A stretch of DNA of 64,000 nucleotides. Origin: Dehalococcoidia bacterium. GTDB lineage: Bacteria > Chloroflexota > Dehalococcoidia > UBA2979. Position 1 is the first letter of the stretch, and each line of letters starts with the position of its first letter. A program made the translations under genes and the position numbers. Below, piece after piece: positions 59,494 through 64,000 of this stretch. The stretch lies in contig CAXXDN010000002.1 in assembly GCA_963667465.2 (NCBI GenBank), forward strand, positions 512,001 to 576,000, read 5' to 3'. The notes under the pieces were generated by a model. That model ran no database searches, had not been told where the DNA came from, and saw only the letters and a program-made list of their open reading frames with translations.

Positions 59494-61929
59494 ATGCTCG
59501 TCTCCCTCAAGTGGCTGCGCGACTACGTCGACCTTCCGGACGACCTCGACGTCGAGGCGTTCGCGGAGCGGCTGACGATGGCCTCGGCGGAGGTCGAGGG
59601 CATCGAGCGCGTCGGCGGCTGGGACCGCGAGCTGGTGACCGTCGCCGAGGTGCTCTCGGTCGACCCGCACCCGAACGCCGACCGCCTCAAGCTCGCGACG
59701 GTCGATTGCGGCACGCCCACGCCGCATACGGTGGTCTGCGGCGCGCCGAACGTCGCCGCCGGGCAGCGCGTCGCCTTCGCGCGCGTGGGCGCGACGCTCG
59801 TCGATCCGCGCAGCGGCGAGAGCGCGACGCTCAAGGCCGCGCGCATCCGCGGCGTCGAGTCCTCGGGGATGGTGCTGTCCGAGCGCGAGCTGGGGCTGTC
59901 CGAGGAGCACGAGGGCATCCTCGAGCTGCCGGGGGACGCGCCGGTGGGCGCGCCGCTCGCCGACTACCTCGGAGACGTGGTGCTCGACGTGCACACCTGG
60001 CCGAACCGCGCCGACATGATGAACATGGTCGGCGTCGCCCGCGAGGTCGCCGCCGTCCTCGGCTCCGCGCTGCGCCTTCCGGACAGCGCCCACGCCGAGA
60101 GTGACGAGGCCGTCGAGGACGCCGCCGCCGTCGCGATCGACGATCCGGACCGCTGCGCGCGCTACATCGCCACGGTCATCGAGGGCGTGCGCGTCGGGCC
60201 CTCGCCGCGCTGGCTGCAGGAGCGCCTGCAGGCCGCCGGGCAGCGCCCGATCAACAACGTCGTCGACGTCACGAACTACGTCATGCTCGAGCTCGGCAAC
60301 CCGCTGCACGCCTTCGACGCCGACCGCCTGCAGGGCACGGTCGTCGTGCGCCTCGCAAGCGAGGGCGAGCGGCTGAGGACGCTCGACGGCGAGCACCGCG
60401 AGCTGAGCGACGACACGCTGCTGATCACCGACGAGAGCGGCCCGATCGCCCTCGCGGGCGTGATGGGCGGCCTCGAGAGCGAGGTCCACGAGGGCACGAC
60501 GCGCGTGCTGCTCGAGGCCGCGCAGTTCGACCCCGCGAGCATCCGCCGCACCTCGACGCGGCTGCGGCTGCGCAGCGAGGCCTCCTCGCGCTTCGAGCGC
60601 GGGCTCTCGCCGGAGCTGGCGGAGCACGCCTCGCGCCGCGCGACGCAGCTGCTGGTCGAGGTCTGCGGCGGCACGGCGCGGCGCGGCACGGTCGACGTCT
60701 ACCCGCGACCGCAGGGCGCCGCCCGCGTGACGCTGACCCGCGACCGCCTCGACACCGTGCTCGGCTTCCACGTCCCCGACGCCGAGGTTGAGTCAGCCCT
60801 CCGCACGCTCGGCTTCACGGTCGCCCGTGAGGGCGGCGCGGACGGCGGCGCGGAGCGCTTCCTCGTCGAGTCGCCGTGGTGGCGTACCGACGTGACGATC
60901 CCCGACGACCTCGCCGAGGAGGTCGTGCGTATCGCCGGGTACGACCGGCTGCCGGCGACGACGGTGCGCGGGCGCGTGCCCTCGTACGAGCCGGCGCCGC
61001 TGCCGGCGCTGCGCGACCACGTGCGTCGCGCGCTCGCGGCGGCGGGGCTGCAAGAGGTGATCAACTACTCGCTGACCACGGGCGAGACGCTGAGCCGCGT
61101 CCGGCCCGCCGCCGAACTGGAGGCGAACGCGCCGCTGCGGCTGCGCAACACGCTCTCCTCGGAGCACGAGGTGCTGCGCACCTCGCTGCGCCACTCGCTG
61201 ATCGAGACGGTCGACCGCAACCTGCGGGCAGGCGCCGACGAGATCGCGATCTTCGAGGCAGGGCGCAGCTATACGCCGCGTCGTGGCGAGGACGGCCCGT
61301 TGCCCGACGAGCGCGAGGTCGTCGCCGGCGCGCTCTGCGGCGTCGAACGCGACCGCTGGGGCAGCCCGCTTGAGCGTGCCCTCGGTTTCTTCGACGCGAA
61401 GGGCGTGCTCGACGAGCTGGGCGAGCGCCTCGGCGTCGCCTTCGAGTACGAGCCGCACGAGGAACACGGCCTGCTCGCCGGTCGCTGCGCGCGCGTCAGC
61501 GTCGGCGGGACGGCCGTCGGCACGCTCGGCGAGGTGCACCCCGACACGCTTGAGGCGTTCGGCGTCGAGCAGCCGGTCGCGCTGTTCGAGCTCGACCTCG
61601 CGGTGCTGCTTGAGGCCACGCCCGGACGGCGCAGCGCCGAGCCGGTGCCGCGCTTCCCGGCGGTGGAGCAGGATGTCGCGCTCGTCGTCGACGAGGGCGT
61701 CCCGGCGGGTGCGCTGCGGGCGCTCATCGAGCAGTCGCGGCTGGTCGCGGAGGCGCGCGTCTTCGACGTCTACCGAGGCGAGCAGCTGCCCGCGGGCAAG
61801 AAGTCGATCGCCTTCGCAATCCGCTACCAGGCGTCCGACCGCACGCTCACGAGCGAGGACGCCAACCGCGAGCAGGCACGCATCCTCCAGCGCCTCGCCC
61901 GCGAGCACGGCGCGGAGCAGCGTGTGTAG
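59494..61929 (+). CDS. pheT: Phenylalanine--tRNA ligase beta subunit
   Basis: HPNADRL, VVCGAPN, RGVESSGM, PNRAD, INNVVDVTNYVMLE.G.PLHAFD, SSRFERG, DLAEEV.RI.GY, FDVYRG. Confidence 0.98.
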   Translation: MLVSLKWLRDYVDLPDDLDVEAFAERLTMASAEVEGIERVGGWDRELVTVAEVLSVDPHPNADRLKLATVDCGTPTPHTVVCGAPNVAAGQRVAFARVGATLVDPRSGESATLKAARIRGVESSGMVLSERELGLSEEHEGILELPGDAPVGAPLADYLGDVVLDVHTWPNRADMMNMVGVAREVAAVLGSALRLPDSAHAESDEAVEDAAAVAIDDPDRCARYIATVIEGVRVGPSPRWLQERLQAAGQRPINNVVDVTNYVMLELGNPLHAFDADRLQGTVVVRLASEGERLRTLDGEHRELSDDTLLITDESGPIALAGVMGGLESEVHEGTTRVLLEAAQFDPASIRRTSTRLRLRSEASSRFERGLSPELAEHASRRATQLLVEVCGGTARRGTVDVYPRPQGAARVTLTRDRLDTVLGFHVPDAEVESALRTLGFTVAREGGADGGAERFLVESPWWRTDVTIPDDLAEEVVRIAGYDRLPATTVRGRVPSYEPAPLPALRDHVRRALAAAGLQEVINYSLTTGETLSRVRPAAELEANAPLRLRNTLSSEHEVLRTSLRHSLIETVDRNLRAGADEIAIFEAGRSYTPRRGEDGPLPDEREVVAGALCGVERDRWGSPLERALGFFDAKGVLDELGERLGVAFEYEPHEEHGLLAGRCARVSVGGTAVGTLGEVHPDTLEAFGVEQPVALFELDLAVLLEATPGRRSAEPVPRFPAVEQDVALVVDEGVPAGALRALIEQSRLVAEARVFDVYRGEQLPAGKKSIAFAIRYQASDRTLTSEDANREQARILQRLAREHGAEQRV

Positions 61930-62091
61930 GACCGGCTCCCGCCGCCGCCTCGCGGCCCGCGCACTCCCGGCCCTTGTCCGGCCTTTGTCATTTCTGGAAG
62001 GTTGGAGCATACTCCAGCCATGAGTACCGGAAACTGGTTCGGGAGTCTTGTGCGCCGCGTCTTCGGGGGCGGCGGGAATGGGGAGGTGGCG

Positions 62092-62826
62092 ATGGCCACG
62101 ACAGAGGACTGGGCGGGCCTCAGCCAACGGCTGATGTCGAGCGTCGGGACCGACGTGCCGCCGATCGCGATCACCTTCTCGGACGCGCCTCCCGACGGCG
62201 TGGACGCCTTCGACGACCCGATGCCGCCGCCGCTCGAGGACGGCCGCACCGGCCGCGTCTCGGCCGGCTGCGTGTTCTGGATGAAGTCCACGGACCGCAC
62301 CTTCTCGACCGTCGCCGAGGACCACGGCAACTGTAGCGTCGGCAGCCTCACGCACGGTCTCAAGACGCTCGAGGAGGTCGGCGGCAACTCCGACGTGGCC
62401 GCGATCCTCGAGTGCGGCTGGGTGACGATGGACATCGTGCCGCTGATCCCGGTGGTCACGGAGAAGCCGGGCGCGATCACCTACGGCCCGCTCGCCGGAA
62501 CGCCGATCGACCCGGACGTGGTGATGCTGCGCGTCACCGGGCGCCAGCTGATGGTGCTGTCAGACGCGCTGCCGGACCTGAGCCTGCAGGGCAAGCCACA
62601 GTGCCACATCGTCGCGATGGCGAAGGAACACGGAGTCGCAGCCGCGAGTGTTGGCTGACAGCTCAGTCGTGTACGGACCGGGATGTCCAACTCCGAAATG
62701 ACCTGCGCGATTCCGGCAAACCAGCTGGCCGACGTCGTCTCGAAGATCGAGGCGGCCGGCGGCGCCGACCTTGCCGTGGCGGGCTACGCCGCCGAGGATG
62801 CGAGGCGCTTCCCTCCGGTGAACTGA
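62092..62826 (+). CDS. DUF169-family protein with an in-frame TGA (candidate selenoprotein, Sec189)
   Basis: SD GGGAGG then ATG 62092 (alternative ATG 62020). AGCVFW, HGNCSVG, YGPL...PDVV, GKPQCH, AASVG-TGA-QLSRVRTGM...EMTCAIP...YAAEDARRF; next stop at 62824-62826. Confidence 0.8.
62667..62696 (+). promoter_or_regulatory. Candidate bacterial SECIS hairpin
   Basis: Hand fold UCG-U-GU-AC-GGAC[CGGGAU]GUCC-A-AC-UC-CGA; apical loop starts 20 nt after the UGA and has G at position 2. Confidence 0.5.
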
Positions 62827-62855
62827 CGCCGAGGGCGCGCTGGCAGCGAATACCG

Positions 62856-62886
62856 GACGGGGCGGCTCAGCCGCCCCGTTTGCTTG
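62856..62886. terminator. Intrinsic terminator between the convergent DUF169 gene and rplT
   Basis: ACGGGGCGGC-tca-GCCGCCCCGT followed by TTGCTT. Confidence 0.65.
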
Positions 62887-62889
62887 CCC

Positions 62890-62921
62890 TCGGGAGTAGC
62901 GGCGTCGGGAGTAGCGGCGTC
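62890..62921. repeat. 15-bp tandem duplication next to the rplT stop codon
   Basis: TCGGGAGTAGCGGCG twice, plus TC. Confidence 0.85.
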
Positions 62922-63276
62922 AGGCCAGGGCGGCCTGGGCGCGTGTGGCGAGCTGGCCGAAGGCCTCGGGCTCGCGGGCCGCGAGGTCCGCAAGCATCTT
63001 GCGGTCGATCTCGATGCCGGCGCGCTTGAGGCCCTGGATCAGGCGGCTGTAGCTGAGGCCGTGCAGCCGGGCTGCCGCGTTGATGCGCACGATCCAGAGG
63101 CGGCGGAAGTCACCCTTGCGTTCGCGCCGGTGGTCGGTCGCGTAGCGCATGGCGTGCAGCACCGACTCGTTCGCGACCTTGAAGTTGCGATGGCGCTTGC
63201 CACGGTGGCCGCGTGCGCGGCGGAGGATCTTCTTGTGGCGGGCGCGTGTGGCGACCCGATTGCGCGTGCGCGGCAT
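62920..63276 (-). CDS. rplT: 50S ribosomal protein L20
   Basis: RARHKKILRRARG, DHRRERKGDFRRLWIVRINAA, GLSYSRLI.GLK.AGIEIDRKMLADLA. Confidence 0.98.
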   Translation of the reverse strand: MPRTRNRVATRARHKKILRRARGHRGKRHRNFKVANESVLHAMRYATDHRRERKGDFRRLWIVRINAAARLHGLSYSRLIQGLKRAGIEIDRKMLADLAAREPEAFGQLATRAQAALA

Positions 63277-63295
63277 GGCGTTCTACCCCTCGTGC

Positions 63296-63490
63296 CTAGC
63301 GGCCGAGCAGCGTGCGGAGGCGCTTGCGCTGCGTCGGGTGCGCCTCGTGCAGGCGACCGAGCGCCTGCAGCTTCTCGCGGCGCTTCTTCATGCGCTTGTT
63401 GTTGAGGTGATGGGCGCGGACCATCAGCTTCCCGCTGCCGGTCACCTTCACACGCTTCGCCGCACCGCGGTGCGTCTTCATCTTGGGCAT
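63296..63490 (-). CDS. rpmI: 50S ribosomal protein L35
   Basis: MPKMKTHRGAAKRVKVTGSGK. Confidence 0.97.
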   Translation of the reverse strand: MPKMKTHRGAAKRVKVTGSGKLMVRAHHLNNKRMKKRREKLQALGRLHEAHPTQRKRLRTLLGR

Positions 63491-63556
63491 CGCTTGAGTC
63501 CTGTTGAGTTCCGTGTTCGAGTCTACCGAGCCGGAGACGCTACGGGCCAGCGCCGG

Positions 63557-64000
63557 CTACGAGTCCGCTGCCGCCTCCGCAGCCTCCGCCTTCGGGTCGC
63601 GCATCACGACCATCGAGAGCATGCGTCCCTCCATTTGCGGCGGCCGCTCGACCGTCGCGACGTCCTCGATGCGCGAGTAGAAGCGATCCAGCAGGTCGCG
63701 GCCCACCTCCGGGTGGGTGATCTCGCGCGCGCGGAACATGACCGAGATCTTCACCTTGTCGCCCTCGGCCAGCAGCTTGCGCGCGGTGCGCGCCTTGAAG
63801 GCGATGTCGTGCTCGTCGATCTTGACGCGCATCCGCACCTCGCGCAGCGAGGAGTGGCGCGAGGACTTGCGCGACTCGCGCTCCCGCTTGGCCTGCTGAT
63901 ACTTGAACTTGCCGTAGTCCATGATCCGGACCACCGGCGGGCTGGCCGTCGGCGCGACCTCGACGAGATCGAGGTTCGCCTCGTCGGCGACGCGCTGCGC
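63557..64000 (-). CDS. infC: Translation initiation factor IF-3 (5' end outside the window)
   Basis: DLVEVAPTASPPVVRIMDYGKFKYQ, IDEHD, GDKVK...FRARE. Confidence 0.97.
   Translation of the reverse strand, partial: AQRVADEANLDLVEVAPTASPPVVRIMDYGKFKYQQAKRERESRKSSRHSSLREVRMRVKIDEHDIAFKARTARKLLAEGDKVKISVMFRAREITHPEVGRDLLDRFYSRIEDVATVERPPQMEGRMLSMVVMRDPKAEAAEAAADS

Overview
A very GC-rich (about 70% or more by eye) bacterial chromosome segment of mostly housekeeping genes: rpoD, dnaG, pcrA, glmS, glmU, ppdK, topA, dprA, xerC, efp, xseAB, purN, alaS, ruvX, mltG, moeA, aroE/C/KB/Q, pheST, infC-rpmI-rplT and tRNA-Phe. The gene content and protein styles (luciferase-like monooxygenases, SnoaL proteins, atypical PurN, RpoD with a large insert, baseplate-J-like gene beside ruvX) suggest Chloroflexota, probably Dehalococcoidia; this is an inference. 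The best finding is a DUF169-family gene (62092-62826) with an in-frame TGA at a position where I expect a conserved Cys. A SECIS-like hairpin follows the TGA and the reading frame continues with family-like sequence, so this is a candidate selenoprotein. Other notable items: a DUF5343 + TIGR02391/HEPN two-gene islet, a lower-GC DUF2971-like gene, three type II toxin-antitoxin loci (one hicA broken by an exact 14-bp tandem duplication, one vapC without a canonical start), an EF-P lacking the PGKG loop, an RluB-Cmk fusion with relic internal signals, BoxC-like palindromic repeats and several apparently leaderless genes. All family assignments come from motif recognition by eye; no searches were run.
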